Shown piece by piece: positions 22,770 through 35,769 of a stretch of 64,000 nt of DNA (positions are counted from its first letter, which is position 1; every line of letters begins with the position of its first letter). The stretch is from Carcharhinus longimanus. Its lineage: Eukaryota. The stretch is from the NCBI GenBank assembly GCA_030264375.1, contig JASCQW010000027.1, forward strand, positions 90,485,161 to 90,549,160, written 5' to 3'. The notes beneath the pieces were generated by a model. It saw nothing but the letters and a program-made list of their open reading frames with translations, did no database searches and was not told the origin of the DNA. The translations under genes were made by a program, and so were the position numbers.

Positions 22770-23561
22770 GTAAGAAGTTGTCTGTAGATGATAAAGAAAC
22801 TTTTCAAATGATATTTCAGATACACCACATATTGTTGGAAAATAATGGGTGGAAAAGATCACATAGGCTCAATTACAATGCAATATACTGTGAGTTTTGT
22901 GAGTATTTTACTTTATGCAACATTCACAGATTTCTAGGGGGCAATTTTACCTAACTGACCCATTGGGAGCTGAGGGGATTGGGCACAATGCCGATTTTAC
23001 AATGGCTCGACTTTGCATTCCATTCAAGTCTCCTGATTCCCATTTGTAACTGGGGACGTGAAAGCAGCCCAGTAGAATGCCTTCAGCGACTCTTTCATCC
23101 CCCATCCCCACAGCTGAGACTGGAGTGTATTTATTTCTCAACAATTAAATTACCATGAGTTGATGCTGCAACAAGTGGCGCTGTCTTCATCGATGGTTCA
23201 TGTGTGATGTTCAACAAAACAAAATCATGAAAAGGTTTGGCAGTGTTCAACGTAAATCTCCTAGGGTGCCAGCGATGACTAATTCTGATAATCAGATGCT
23301 CTTTGCAAGCGCAGATTACATAGAATTACATTGAGTATTGTTATGACCAAGTGAGAAGAGCTGAGCTGGATCCCACTATTTGATCTCCTCGGCTGGTTGC
23401 AACAAAAGTTTAAGGTTCTTTTTCATGAGGATTTGTCCAAATATATATAATTATTTAAGCTGTGGGCAATAAGGAGCTAATCAAATAATGTTTTCTTGCA
23501 TCAAAGGAAGAGCAAATTTATTGACCACGAAACCTGCAGGATAACATAATTAAAACACAGC

Positions 23562-23687
23562 GGGTGGGATTTTCAGGCCTTGCTTAGCCCAAGGCCAGAA
23601 ATTCCCACCTGCGGTCAACAGACCTTTGCACGATCCACCCCTGCCCACTACGATTCCCGTGGTGGATGGGACAGGAGAATTCTGCCC
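23562..23687. mobile_element. MITE (Harbinger-like)
   Basis: GGGTGGGATTTTC...GAGAATTCTGCCC TIRs, exact AGC/AGC TSD. Confidence 0.8.
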
Positions 23688-23693
23688 AGCGTC

Positions 23694-23771
23694 TCACACA
23701 CACATACACATACACCTACACCACATGTGCGCGCACACACATATATGCACACATACACACACACACACACA
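23694..23771. repeat. Imperfect (CA)n microsatellite
   Basis: CACACACATACACA.. run. Confidence 0.9.
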
Positions 23772-24269
23772 AACGTATCAGAAATAAGAATATACAGTTT
23801 AGAATCTATTGATTGTTCTTGAGGCTTGCTTTCTTAAACGTGGCTGATTTGGATTAGCTGGTTTCGTGGTGTGGTCAGATGTAGCAGATAATCCAATTTT
23901 TACAAGATCTGAGATTGCTGGTAGACCTCTAGAAAAATTAACTTCTAAACGAGCTAATACACTTGTACCAAAGGAAAGAGAGGGAGAGAGAGCACAGCTT
24001 TCAGCCTGTTTCCTTTGCTGAGCGCTTTCTTTCACTCTCTGTGCAGCCATGGCTGCAGTCTGGCCTGTTATACTTCAGCCATTGCATATTTTCTCAGTGT
24101 TTTGGGTGTATTGGTCCGTGGCAGCCATTGTTTCACTATCTAGCACTTTGTATTTTACTGTCTTTTTCTGAGACAGCGATGAGTTTCTGTGGGTTTCTGA
24201 TATCTCGCTCTTCGCATCGTTTATTTTTTACCTTCACCTTGGGAAGGTGGCCTTGCGTTTTAAGAAGTT

Positions 24270-24652
24270 TCATAGAAACGTAGAAACCCTACAGTACAGA
24301 AAGAGGCCATTCGGCCCATCGGGTCTGCACCGACCACAATCCCACCCAGGCCCGACCCGCCTATCTCTACATATTTTACCCACTAATCCCTCTAACCTAC
24401 GCATCTAAGGGTCAATTCTAGTATGGCCAATCGACCTAACCTGCACATCTTTGGACTGTGGGAGGAAACTGGAGCACCCGGAGAAAACCCACACAGACAC
24501 AAAGAGAATGTACAAACTCCACACAGACAGTGACCCAAGCCGGGAATCGAACCCAGATCCCTGGACCTGTGAAGCAGCAGTGTTAACCACTGTGTTACCG
24601 TGCCGCCCACCACTGTGCTAGCGTGCTGCCCCCACTGTGCTACCGTGCTGCC
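24270..24652 (-). mobile_element. HE1-type SINE with triplicated 5' ~22 bp
   Basis: Full head, V-domain and CR1-like tail; CCACTGTGCTACCGTGCTGCC-like unit x3 at 24588-24652. Confidence 0.9.
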
Positions 24653-24754
24653 AAGTTTATTCTGTCTCATTTCGAATTGCCAAATTTCCAGTCATTTGAA
24701 AGCTTGAAGTTATATTTTCAAAAATAAAGGGACACAGCCTTTTTTATTCAATAT

Positions 24755-25180
24755 CCAGAAAGGGACTATTTGGTCCAAATAACCTACGCTGGCAATTATG
24801 TTCTACTTTGGCTTCATCCCATCCTTCCTCACTTTACTCTTTCATTTACTTCACTTTCAAATGCACATTGAGCCTTACTTTAGATGTACTAATATCATTA
24901 CCCTCAACTATTCCCTGTGGTAGCAAGTTCCACATTCTTAGCACCCTGAAGACATATCTACTAAAATCTTGGTGGCTACCTAGTAGTGTTGGACTTAGGC
25001 TTGATCTTCCTGACAAGCAAAATATTTCTCTCTGCACTTACTCCACTAAAGTCTTTCATAATTTTAAAAGACCTTGATTCTGTCACCCCCTTGGCCTCTT
25101 TTAAGAAAAAAAAGACTAAATCTATTGATCTTCTCTTGATAGGTACAACCTCATGTTTTTAATACCTTCCTTTTGCACAA
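24755..25180 (-). mobile_element. Decayed CR1 3' fragment
   Basis: Minus ORF 24846..25037 RVLRMWNLLPQGIVEGNDISTSKVRL is a typical CR1 ORF2 C-terminus. Confidence 0.75.
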
Positions 25181-26325
25181 TCTGTTATGTGTTGGCCAGC
25201 TATTGGCTGGCGGGGGGTGGGTTGGTGAGTGGTTGGGGGGGGTGGGGGGAGGTGTGCGTGGGGTTCGACATCAGTAGGACCACAAGATCCCACCGATGGG
25301 CACGGCTGGAAAATCCCATCCATTATTTAAGATAAAATAGTAACTGATATTAGATAATAAAGGGACGGGGTGCGTTTCGAACCAATCTGTAACCCTTAGC
25401 AACAATCCTGCTGTATACCAAACAATTGTAAGCAAAGCACAGGTGCCCAAGTATAATAGGGGCTATTTAGGTTTTTGCCTTAGTGTATTGCATGGATTTA
25501 CAGAACAGCTGACTGCATAAATGCCGCAGTTGCACAGAGTTGGCAGAGTGAGGTGTCCAATAGAACGTAAACACAATCAGATGGTTTTCCCCTTTTCCGC
25601 AGGCTGCTGGCATTTCGATCTGAACTCACTGTGTACTTCCTCTGTGTGCTTGTCACAGCGAGTGAGCACTCGCGAGGTGTCAAGAGAGGGAACAAGCTCA
25701 TTTGTGCAACAGTGGAGGGTCTTTTATTCCCAGTGCTCAGAAGCTGGAAGTGAAAGCGCAGCTTTAAAAAGGGACTTTTGTGCTGTCTCAACAGCGACAG
25801 CTCTCAGCGTAATGTGGCCACAAAGACAGAGAAGTGGGAGCAGTAAATATTTAACAGCAACAGGCCTTTTTTTAAAAAATTCTTTTATACTGCATTGTGT
25901 CCAGTACATTCATTGAAAAACTGTATAAAACGTCCATCATTTCACCACGGAGGGAGCGTGAGAAGGGGCCCGATTCCACCCTGACAATTCGAGACTGTGG
26001 AAAAGAAATCCAGCCAGCCCTTCTCAGAAGCAGCTAGGGTTCCTGACAGAAACATTTTCCAGAAGTGAATGAAGTATTGCAGGTGCAAATCTTGCACTTT
26101 TCAAGTTTACTTCAGCCCGAACCTGAATTGAAATGAAATGTATTTGCATGGTGTGTCTTTACAAATGCTATTGATCTCTATTCTACTCTGCTAGCTCTGC
26201 AATCTGTGACTGGCAGGTAATGGCAAGCCAGGGCGTAGGTCAGAAGCATCTCAATTAAACACGCGACTGAGGATATCTATTCCTGCTACCAAAAGCAACC
26301 TGAAGGTGACGGGAAAAAGACGCAG

Positions 26326-27035
26326 ATCGGATTTCAATTGGAATGTTTGGTGTATGCCATTGACTTAAAGATAAATGCACACCTAATCCTCGTGGAATTC
26401 CAATGTACTTAACCACTTCCTGTCAGCCTCAGACCATATCAAATTCCTGAGGTGTGCAAAACCATTTTGAAAGGGCTGGTCCCTCAATTTGGAAAGCCTT
26501 TCGTCATTTTGTTACAAACACACAACACAATAAGGCACCATGTGGAATCGTGTGAAAAATGTATCATCATATTATTGGCAGACTAAGATGTCCAATGTGG
26601 GCAGCACGGTGGCACAGTGGTTAGCACTGGTGCCTCACAGAGCCAGGGACCCGGGTTCAATTCCCGCCTCACGTCACTGCCTATGTGGGGTTTGCACGTT
26701 CTCCCCATGTCTGCGTGGGTTTCTTCCAGGTGCTCCAGTCTCCTTGCATAGTCCAAAGATGTGTGGGTTAGGTTGATTGGCCATGCTTAATTGCCCCTTA
26801 GTATCAGGGGGATTCACAGGGTAAATACGTGGGGTTACGGGAATCGGATTTCAATTGGAATGTTTGGTGTATGCCATTGACTTAAAGATAAATGCACACC
26901 TAATCCTAGTGGAATTCCAATGTGCTTAACCACTTCCTGTCAGCCTCAGACCATATCAAATTCCCGAGGTGTGCAAAACCATTTTGAAAGGGCTGGTCCC
27001 TCAATTTGGAAAGCCTTTCGTCATTTTGTTACAAA
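26326..27035 (+). repeat. 193-bp direct duplication (26326-26518 and 26843-27035)
   Basis: Copies differ at 3 positions on manual comparison; second copy lies inside a SINE. Confidence 0.95.
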
Positions 27036-27106
27036 ATGGGTGGGATTCTGGTCAGTGCAGACTCGATGGGCTGAATGGCCTCCTGTACTGTAGGGATTCT
27101 ACGATC
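26598..27106 (+). mobile_element. HE1-type SINE interrupted by the 193-bp copy
   Basis: Head and V-domain 26598-26842; tail resumes TGGGTGGGATT..GCAGACTCGATGGG at 27037. Confidence 0.9.
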
Positions 27107-27980
27107 ATGGTGACATGGATTTTCCTGCGGGTTTCTGAACCTGGTTGTCAGGTAAATAGGTGGGACGGATTCTCAGAGTCTGTGGGAAACGGTCACTCAA
27201 TCAGGATGGCCAACTAATGAGCAGAGAGCAGGCTCACTGTACACTTGAGGTTGGCGGACGGGATGTCAAAGCTGGAGTTCCAATTAGAGGTCTTCCAGTT
27301 TGAAAGGAGCAGCAGGCCTCAGTGAAGTAAGTGAGAGGCTGCTTTAAAATGGTGGCGCCTGATCTCCGACACTTTAAAATTTAAATTAGAGCCTCTCTAC
27401 AGACTGTTACAGCAATCAGATGGGCTTTAGGGGGCTGGGAGTGGTGGGGGAGAGAGGGGGCGGTGGGTGGATTTCCTAGAGTGCTGGCCCCTGATCTACT
27501 GCTGGGAGGCCACTTGCAGGTGGTTCAGCTGCTCCATGAACCTGTAGGGATCAGATGCTGAGTGGGAAATCCCAAATAACCTCCTTTAATTGACCCCATG
27601 ATCAGTAAGCTTGTCTTGCCCCTCCATTCCGCCTCAGTGAAATGGTCCAGGTGTGATGGAGCCAGGGGAACAGCACACGGGCTGGCAATGCTATTTTTAC
27701 CTCTCACCCAGCTCCATTCTTAGGCCCAGCATGGAATAAACATCAAACTCATTGGCCTGTAATTTCCTGGATCCCCAATGTCGGATTTGGAGGGTAGTCC
27801 AAAAATGCACCGGGGAATCCCTTTTGGAAGCTCTCAGTTATGAATGTGCATCGCAGTTGTCCAGAGGTGCAAATATCGCTTGGGAACCATCTGACAAAGT
27901 GATTTAAATCGTTAACTTGGTACGCTTCTGCCAGTGTTATGCTAACAGTCACTCTGAAAGTGTGCGTTCATAGCATTTGC

Positions 27981-28320
27981 AGGAAGGCAATGACCTAGTG
28001 GTATTATCACTAGATTATTAATCGAGAACCTCAGCTAATGTTCTGGGGACCTGGGTTCGAATCCCACCATGGCAGATGGTGGAAATTGAATTCGGTACAA
28101 AATATCTGGAATTAAGAATCTACCGATGACCATGAAACCATTGTCGGAAAAAACCATCTGACTGTTAGGGAAGGAAATCTGCCGTCCTTACCTGGTCTGG
28201 CCTACATGTGACTCCAGAGCAACAGCAATGTTGACTCTCATCTGGTCTCCAAGGGCAACTAGGGATGGGCAATAAATGCTGACCAGCCAGTGATGCCCAA
28301 ATCCAATCAGGAGAAATAAA
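27981..28320 (+). mobile_element. Second tRNA-derived SINE family
   Basis: Box A TGACCTAGTGG, box B GGTTCGAATCC, tail GGGCAACTAGGGATGGGCAATAAATGCTG shared with LINE at 4575. Confidence 0.85.
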
Positions 28321-29328
28321 AGCACTTCTAACTTCAGTGTAATTATTTTAAACACCCNNNNNNNNNNNNNNNNNNNNNNNNNNNNNNNNNNNNNNNNNNN
28401 NNNNNNNNNNNNNNNNNNNNNNNNNNNNNNNNNNNNNNNNNNNNNNNNNNNNNNNNNNNNNNNNNNNNNNNNNNNNNNNNNNNNNNNNNNNNNNNNNNNN
28501 NNNNNNNNNNNNNNNNNNNNNNNNNNNNNNNNNNNNNNNNNNNNNNNNNNNNNNNNNNNNNNNNNNNNNNNNNNNNNNNNNNNNNNNNNNNNNNNNNNNN
28601 NCACCCCTTGTGTTCTTCCACCCACCCTCCCCTGTCCACTTACCTTCTCACCGATCTGTTATTTTCAATGGGGCATTTAAACTTACCTACTTTACAGCAG
28701 CTAAACAGGGGCACGTCCTCCTTCACTGATTCTTTTAGACTCTGACACTGGGACCCAGGGAGCTGCTGTGCTGCCTGGCTCTCACCTGTCCTGAGTCAGG
28801 AAGGTTGGGCAAGTCAGGCAGCGCCAACATTTGGCTCAGAGACGTGGGTGCAGAGTGGCAATCCGACACAACGTGACAATAAAAGGGCTGGTTTCCCCAT
28901 CTCTTCCCTGTTTGACCAAAGAAAAGATTTACTCCACCTCTTTAAAATGCTGAGCAAAGCATATATAATTATTTGGACTTGAATACTCAGTGGCACTAAA
29001 TCTCATTAATCCATTGTCAAATGCACTTAAAGACAGCAGGGCACTTTGGAAAGCTAAGTGTAAAATATCCATTCTGCTGAAATGTTTCTCTGGCTTGAAT
29101 TGCAGGCGGAAGGTTGGAGATTTACAAATGAAATCTTTCTGCCCCTAGTTTATATATCACGAGATCTAATCATAACAGTGTTTGCTGATCAGGACTCGGT
29201 CCTGATACATTTGAGTGTTAAAGCTGTGGCCAATCTCATACAGCTGGTTTCTACTTCTCCACTGCTACCAGTCACAATGAAAGGTGGTTTCAATACGACA
29301 GCCTTCGAAATGGACTTGTTTTTCAATG

Positions 29329-29652
29329 AGGACAGCATGGTGGCACGGTGGTTAGCAATGCTGTCTCAGGGCCAGGGACCCAGGTTCAATACCAGCCTTG
29401 GGTGGAGTTTACATACTGTCCCTGTGTCTGCGTGGGTTTCCTCTGGGTACCCTGTCACCTAAAAGAACCGCCCCCCTCCCCGCCCCCGGGTACCCTGTTT
29501 CCTCCCACAGTCCGAAGATGTGCAGGTTAGATGGTTTAGTAGAGTAAATATGTGGGGTTATGGGGATAAGGTGGGATGCCCTGTTGGAGAGTCAGTGCTG
29601 GCTCGATGGGCCAAATGGCCTCCTTCTGCACTGTAGGGACTCTATGATTCTA
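29329..29652 (+). mobile_element. HE1-type SINE
   Basis: Head, V-domain and tail; small insert flanked by GGGTACCCTGT repeats. Confidence 0.85.
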
Positions 29653-30212
29653 GAAACAGTGAAATCTGGGACAATAACTGTGATGAATCATTTAAATAAA
29701 GCTATAAGAAAACATGAAATTAATTTAAAGGAGGGGCCACATTAGAAAGCGGTAAAAGTGGAATTGCAAAGCATTTGTTTTGAGGGCAAAAAAAAAAGGT
29801 GATGAAGGTTTCAATATGGTATGCAGCATGTGAGCATTTGTTCCGCGCTGGGAGAGCATCGCATGCCAAATTGATTAGGGCATTCTTCAGTCCTTAAGAG
29901 CATGGAAGTAAAATTAGCATTAAACCCATTTCCTATCTAAATTCAGACCATAACCCAGCTGTGAAGAATCTAGATTTAGGTGAGCTTGACCTCACTGGAA
30001 CATAGCAGGGAATATCCACAGTAAATTGGACAAATCAGTCAATGGGTAAAATGACAGTCAGTGGGAGTTTTTAATGTGATAGCGAACCAGCTTATAACAT
30101 AAGAAGCGAAAAGCTCGACTTGTAATAGAACACAGCCCTGTAGTAAAGAGATAAGGGACAAAGAAAAACCAAAAGACAAAGCATCCAAGGATGCATAAAA
30201 TGGCATAGATCC

Positions 30213-30833
30213 GGGGCCTAAATTTCCATCCGTCGGGCACGTGCACTTGGCAGGCCTTGATGAGGGCGCAAAACAGACTTCCGAGTGTGGTCGGCCCCTA
30301 GAGATGCCAATTAACAGGCAGCCAGTTGTGAAACATGTGCTGGCAAATGCTCAGCCACTACTGGGGAAGCTGAGAAGAGGACAGGTGCCAAGAAAATGGC
30401 GTGTGTGTGTGGACTGGCACTTCTAACGCGCCGCGGAGCTGTCTCGGGGAGCTGCAGACCTGCAACAAACTAAATTGGAAAGAATATCGAGTCAGCAAAT
30501 TCAAACACACACACGCCACAGTCCCCAGACACCTTTTACATTTTATTTCAGTCTTGACGTTTCATCCTGTCCATGACCGAGGCTGCAGCTGAAACATAAA
30601 GACCACCATTCTGGCCAAACAGCCCACGTGGCAACTGTAAAAGCAGATGGGCCATGTAAAATTGTGTGCAACTGGACCTTTAATGGACTAAATTGCCTGC
30701 TTGTTTGTCGGCAGGCACATTTCCGACTCTTGCCTGTTGACCAAAATATTGTGCGAGTGAATGATGAGGCTGGGATGCCCAACCTCCTCTCATATCAGTT
30801 TCAGACACCTTTCTGTGTAACGAGTTCTGGCCC
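30213..30833. mobile_element. Non-autonomous DNA transposon (Harbinger-like)
   Basis: GGGCCTAAATTT...GAGTTCTGGCCC imperfect TIRs, GC-rich interior. Confidence 0.45.
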
Positions 30834-30899
30834 AAGTGAATGGGAAAGCTATGAAAACAGAAAGACAGACTAAAGGGATAGTGAGAACTGCAAAATGAA

Positions 30900-32790
30900 A
30901 CACGAGAAAAACGTTCCATGTATATCAAAATCAACGTAAGTTTTTAGCAAATGTATTTGGACAAATAATTGAGGAATGAGAACCCTTTAAAATCCAATAA
31001 TGGTGATATTGTCAGTGAGAGCAAGGAAATAGTTAACTGTTACTTTGCAACAGTATTTGCAGTTAGATAAAGACAAAAGCATGCTGAAGACTCCAAGGAA
31101 ACTGATATTGAAACAGGGACGAAGAATCACGAAAATTAACTTAAGCAAATGAAGAAGAAAATAATGGCGTTAAGGAGTGCTAGATCCCAAGAACCAGATG
31201 GTTTTCATTGCAAGATTTTAAAGGAATTAAGTGAGAGTGTTGCAGATGCCATAAAAACGATCTCCTAAAGCTCTCTTGATTCAAAAACCACTCCTGTGGA
31301 TTAGGAAATTATATGTGTCATTCCACTATTTAGTAAGGGCAAAAGAGGGAAACAAGGACATGCTAGCTTAATATCTATTGTTCAGAAATTGCTAGAGACC
31401 ATAGGATTATAATCAAAGATACAGTGACTGTAATTGAAACTTTTGAACTCATCAGGAAGAGAAAGAGAGACAGTATGAGTTTGTAAAAGGTACATCATTT
31501 TGTGTGCGTGGAAATGCTTTTTTTGAAAAGGTTGCAGAAGTAGCAAACAGAGGAATGTGTGTGGATGTTTATATAGGGACTTCCGGGATGTCCTCAAAAG
31601 ACACAGTTAGCTAAAGTTGAAGGTCGTGAAATTAAGGGCAAATTATTGTCCTAATTAGGAAACTGGCTGAGCTTTGGAGACGGATTGTAGGGATAATAAG
31701 CAGAGGGTATGAATGGCATCGCTCAAAGATCTATATTGTGGCCTCAAACGTTCACTTTATTTATTAATGAATTGGACGATAGGATAAAATGCTGTACATC
31801 CAGACAAGATAAAGACAGGTGATATTTGTAAGCTATTTGTAGGTGGAAAGATCCAATTATAAAAAAAACTAATAGGTTGTAAACAGGCAAGACTGGCAAA
31901 TGGATTTCAGCACAGTATAAGTGTGAGCTTATCCATCTTGGACATAAAAAACATAGAACAGTGGAAATGGTAAAACCTAGAAGAAATAAAGATCCAAAGA
32001 AACTTAGAGGTCCATATAGATTAATTGACATTGTGTCATGGACAGGTACTAAAAATAATCAGAAAGATTAATTGAATTGACTAGGATGGCACAGTGCACA
32101 GTGCTGCCTCACTACTCTGGGAATCGGGGTTCAATTCCTGGATTGGGTCACTGTATGTGTGGAATTTGAACATCCTCGCCGTTTCTGCATAGGTTTGCTT
32201 TGGTTTCCTCCCACTATCCAAAGATGTGCGGGTTAGATGGATTGGCCATGCTAAATTGCCCCTTAGTGTCAGGAAGATTAACTAGGGTAAATGCAGAGGG
32301 TTAAGGGGATAGGGCCTCGGTGAGATTGTGGTCGGTACAGACGCGATGGGCAAACGGTCTCCTTCTGCACTGTCGAGTTCTAAGAATCTAGGATTGATTC
32401 TATGAATACTGGCCTTTACATTTAGTTGACTAGGCTACAAGTGTGTAGAAGTCATACTGTGCTATGCAAACTTTTGGCTAGACCATACCTGGAATAATGT
32501 GTTGAATTCTGGGCACCACACCCTTGGAAGGGAATATTGGTCTTAGAGGGAGTGCAGCATAGATTTAAAGGGATGATATCTGGACTCCCCAAGGATTAGA
32601 TTACAAAGGGATTACACAAATGAGAGTAGTATTCCCTGGAATTAAAAGATTATAGTCTGATCAAAGTTTTCAAGATATTAAAGGGAACTAATAGGATAGA
32701 TAGAGAGAAACCATTTCCACTGGTTGGGATGAGGGGATATAATCTAAAAGTTAGAAAGCATTTCTGCATGCAAAAGATGGCTGAATGGCA
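30900..32790 (+). mobile_element. Long decayed CR1 ORF2 fragment
   Basis: Remnants LNCYFATVF, PDGFHCKILKE, VDVYIG(F), KCELIHLG, RPYLE*CVEFWAPH; interrupted by SINE. Confidence 0.8.
32083..32405 (+). mobile_element. HE1-type SINE nested in CR1
   Basis: GGGTTCAATTCC box B, V-domain, tail. Confidence 0.85.
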
Positions 32791-32859
32791 TTATTGCTAG
32801 ACTATTGATCCAAAAACTAGAGTCACCACATACTCCTCTAAACACCAAAAGGGTACAAG

Positions 32860-33427
32860 CCTAACGTTGCCAACCTTTTCTTTTAAGGCAACCCCCCATT
32901 CCAGATATGGGTCAAATAAACCTTCTCTGAACTACCTCCAACACATTTACATCCTTTCTTAAATAAAGTGACCAATACTGTACGCAATACTTTGATGTGG
33001 TCTCACCAACATCCAGTATAATTGAAGCATAACATCCTTCCTTTTGTATCCAATTTTCCTTGCAATAAATGATAACATTCTATTAGCTTTCCTAATTACT
33101 TGTTGTGAGTACATACTAAATTTCTGTGATTCATGCACTAGGACACCCAGATCCCTCTGCAATCTCTCACCATTTAGATACTATGCTCCTTTTTCATTCT
33201 TCCTTCCAAAATGGACAATTTCACATTTTCCTACATTGTATGCCATTTGCCAAATCTTTGCCCACTCACCACATCCTTTGTAGCCCCTTATGTTTTCTTC
33301 AGAACATATTTTCTTACCTATCTTTGTTCCATCAGAAAATTTAGCAACCATCACCTTCGGTCCCTTCATCCAAATCATTTACGTGAACTGTAAAAAGCTG
33401 AAGCTCCAACACTGATCCCTGTGGCAT
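32860..33427 (-). mobile_element. CR1 RT fragment
   Basis: Minus ORFs VAKFSDGTKIG..WQMAYNVGKCEIVHFGRKN and QRDLGVLVHES..VMLQLYWMLVRPH. Confidence 0.9.
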
Positions 33428-33428
33428 A

Positions 33429-33625
33429 TGGGGAGGTGATGGCCTAGTGGTATTATCATTAGACTATTATGCTAGAGACTCCGCTAATGTTCTGGGAAGC
33501 AGGGTTCAAATCCCGCTACGGCAGATGGTGGAATTTGAATTCAATAAAAAGTATCAGGAATTAAGAATCTACTGATCACCATGAAACTATTGCCAATTGT
33601 TGGAAAAACCTATCTGGTTCACTAA
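33429..33625 (+). mobile_element. Second tRNA SINE family, 5' half
   Basis: GGGGAGGTGATGGCCTAGTGGTATTATC..GGTTCAAATCCC..GCAGATGGTGGAATTTGAATTC. Confidence 0.85.
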
Positions 33626-33629
33626 TTTA

Positions 33630-34320
33630 TTCTGCATGAATCGCAGAAATTTAGTATGCAGGTAGAACAAGTAATTGGGAAAGCTAATAGAATGTATTGC
33701 AATTTATTGTAAGGAAATTTGAATACAAAAGTAGGGATCTTATGCTTCAATTTTAAGGGATGTTGGTGAGATCACATCTAAAGTATAGTGTACAGTATTG
33801 GTCACCTTGTTTAAGGGACAACATTAATGTGTTAGAAGTAGTTCAGAGAAGTTTTATTAGGCCAATATCTGGAATGGGTGAGCTGTTTTATGAGGAAAGG
33901 TTGGAGAGGTTAAGCTTGTATCCTTTGGTGTTTAGAAGAGACGGAGGTGATTTGATTGAAACACATACGATCCTGAATTGTCTGGACAGAGTGTATGCAG
34001 AAAGGATGTTTCCTCTTTAGAGAGAGGCTAGTTAAATATATAGAGATTGCTATTTAAGACAGAGGTGAGAAGAAGTTTTTTCTCTCAGAGGATCATGAGA
34101 CTTTGGAAATTTCTTCCTCAAAAGATGGGGAAAGCAGAGTCTTTGAATACTTTTAGGGCAAAAGTGGATAGATTTTTGATAAGTAAGGGGATGAAAGGTT
34201 ATTAGGGATAGATGGGAATGTGAAGTGATGTTACAATGAGATCAGCCATGATCATATTGAAAGGCAGAGCAGACTTGAAGAGTCCAAATGGCCTACTCCT
34301 GCTCTCAGTCTATATACTTG
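33630..34320 (+). mobile_element. CR1 3' fragment
   Basis: ORF 33760..34020 LVRSHLKYSVQYWSP..YEERLERLSLY..GDLIET plus CR1 3'UTR. Confidence 0.9.
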
Positions 34321-35769
34321 TAACAACATTCTGACAAAGAGCTTATAAGAGATGTACAGACAGTAATTAGAAAGTACTGTGATTTTTAAAAATGTTAAAT
34401 CTTGAAGAACAAACCAGTTCAGAGAATTAGCACCTTATCTCCCTTTCTTATCTGTACCTTGGGTAGTTTCATCATGTAATAACAATCTTCAGGCTGGAAT
34501 TGGACTCTGTTATTGAATCAGTACCAGGTTGGAAATTGGAATGACGCTAACCTCAATCCCCCACCTCCACCATGCCCCATGCCCCAGCAACATCCCGCAT
34601 CCAGCCCCAGCCCCCACCCTGCCATCACCCCACGACCCTGAAATGCAGACCAGATTTTGGTTCCTTGTCTCTTCCAATCTTATAACCCAAGATTGACATT
34701 TCAACCTACATCCCTCTCGCACCATTCGTACTGGGAAATTCAAAGCACGCTGAGACTCAGCAACATGTATATCCCCTCCTTAAATTGGTACCAGATTGCA
34801 GTTCCAACCTTCAACGGAATCCTTTTGTCTTTCGACCTTCAAGTTGAAAATGGGTTTCCCAGTGGGGTTGAAATTCTCTCAGTGTGCCGAACTCTGTTGT
34901 AAACAATGAAAAACAATCAGATTCATAATGAGGACAGACCAGTAACAATACTGGAAAATCATTTCCAAATGTAGGAAGAATCAAACAGGACTTTGTCGGG
35001 GGAATGAAATGAAATGAGATTCTGGGGACGTTATAACACCACACAAGGGCTCACTATTTTGTGTTGAGACTTCGCTTGTTTTGGTTAGTTACCAACACGC
35101 TCCTCCCACGAAAAGGAAAATGAATTCTAGAACAATCCATTTTGGTAAATATATGACAAAGGGGCAGCTGCGCAGGCCAGCTTTTTAAATGTCTAAATCA
35201 TCGCACATTTATGAAGTTAAAAAGAAATTGCTGCAAACATTTGGACAGATGTCAAAACAAATAAACCTCTGTTAAGCATATAGACGAGAATGCTTCATGA
35301 GTGGAAGCTTTAGAGGAAAATCAAAGAGAAAGTGTGGAAGTGATTAGGAAAGTACATACAGTAGAAAGAATGTGATGCCAAGAGGGAATTAAGCCACACA
35401 AATGTTGCTGCGTAAATGAACGATGAGGCTTTTTTTAGCCAGAGAATCATAGATATTTGTTGCGGTACTGAAAAAAAATTACATCTTAAAGTGTACATAC
35501 ACAGTAGCAAACTCAATAAGGATTTACAAGCTAGCCTGACTTTGATTGATTCACATTTATTCAACAGTATCATTAATTTATTCCAGTTTTGACAGTCATG
35601 ATTTACATGCGATTGCTTTAAAAATAAAGTCACATTGTGTGTGCAAAGGGGCCTCTTGCTCCATGTGTTTGTTGGTGCTTTGTTATCATTATTTTGTTTT
35701 TGAAAATTCTGCCGGGGGTCTTTATTCCCATCTAACGCAAGCCTACTTTCACAGGTCAATAAACTCATT

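Noticed and set aside
23340-24750. Possible LTR-like element starting TGTTATGACC
   Set aside because: Could not find a matching terminus or TSD
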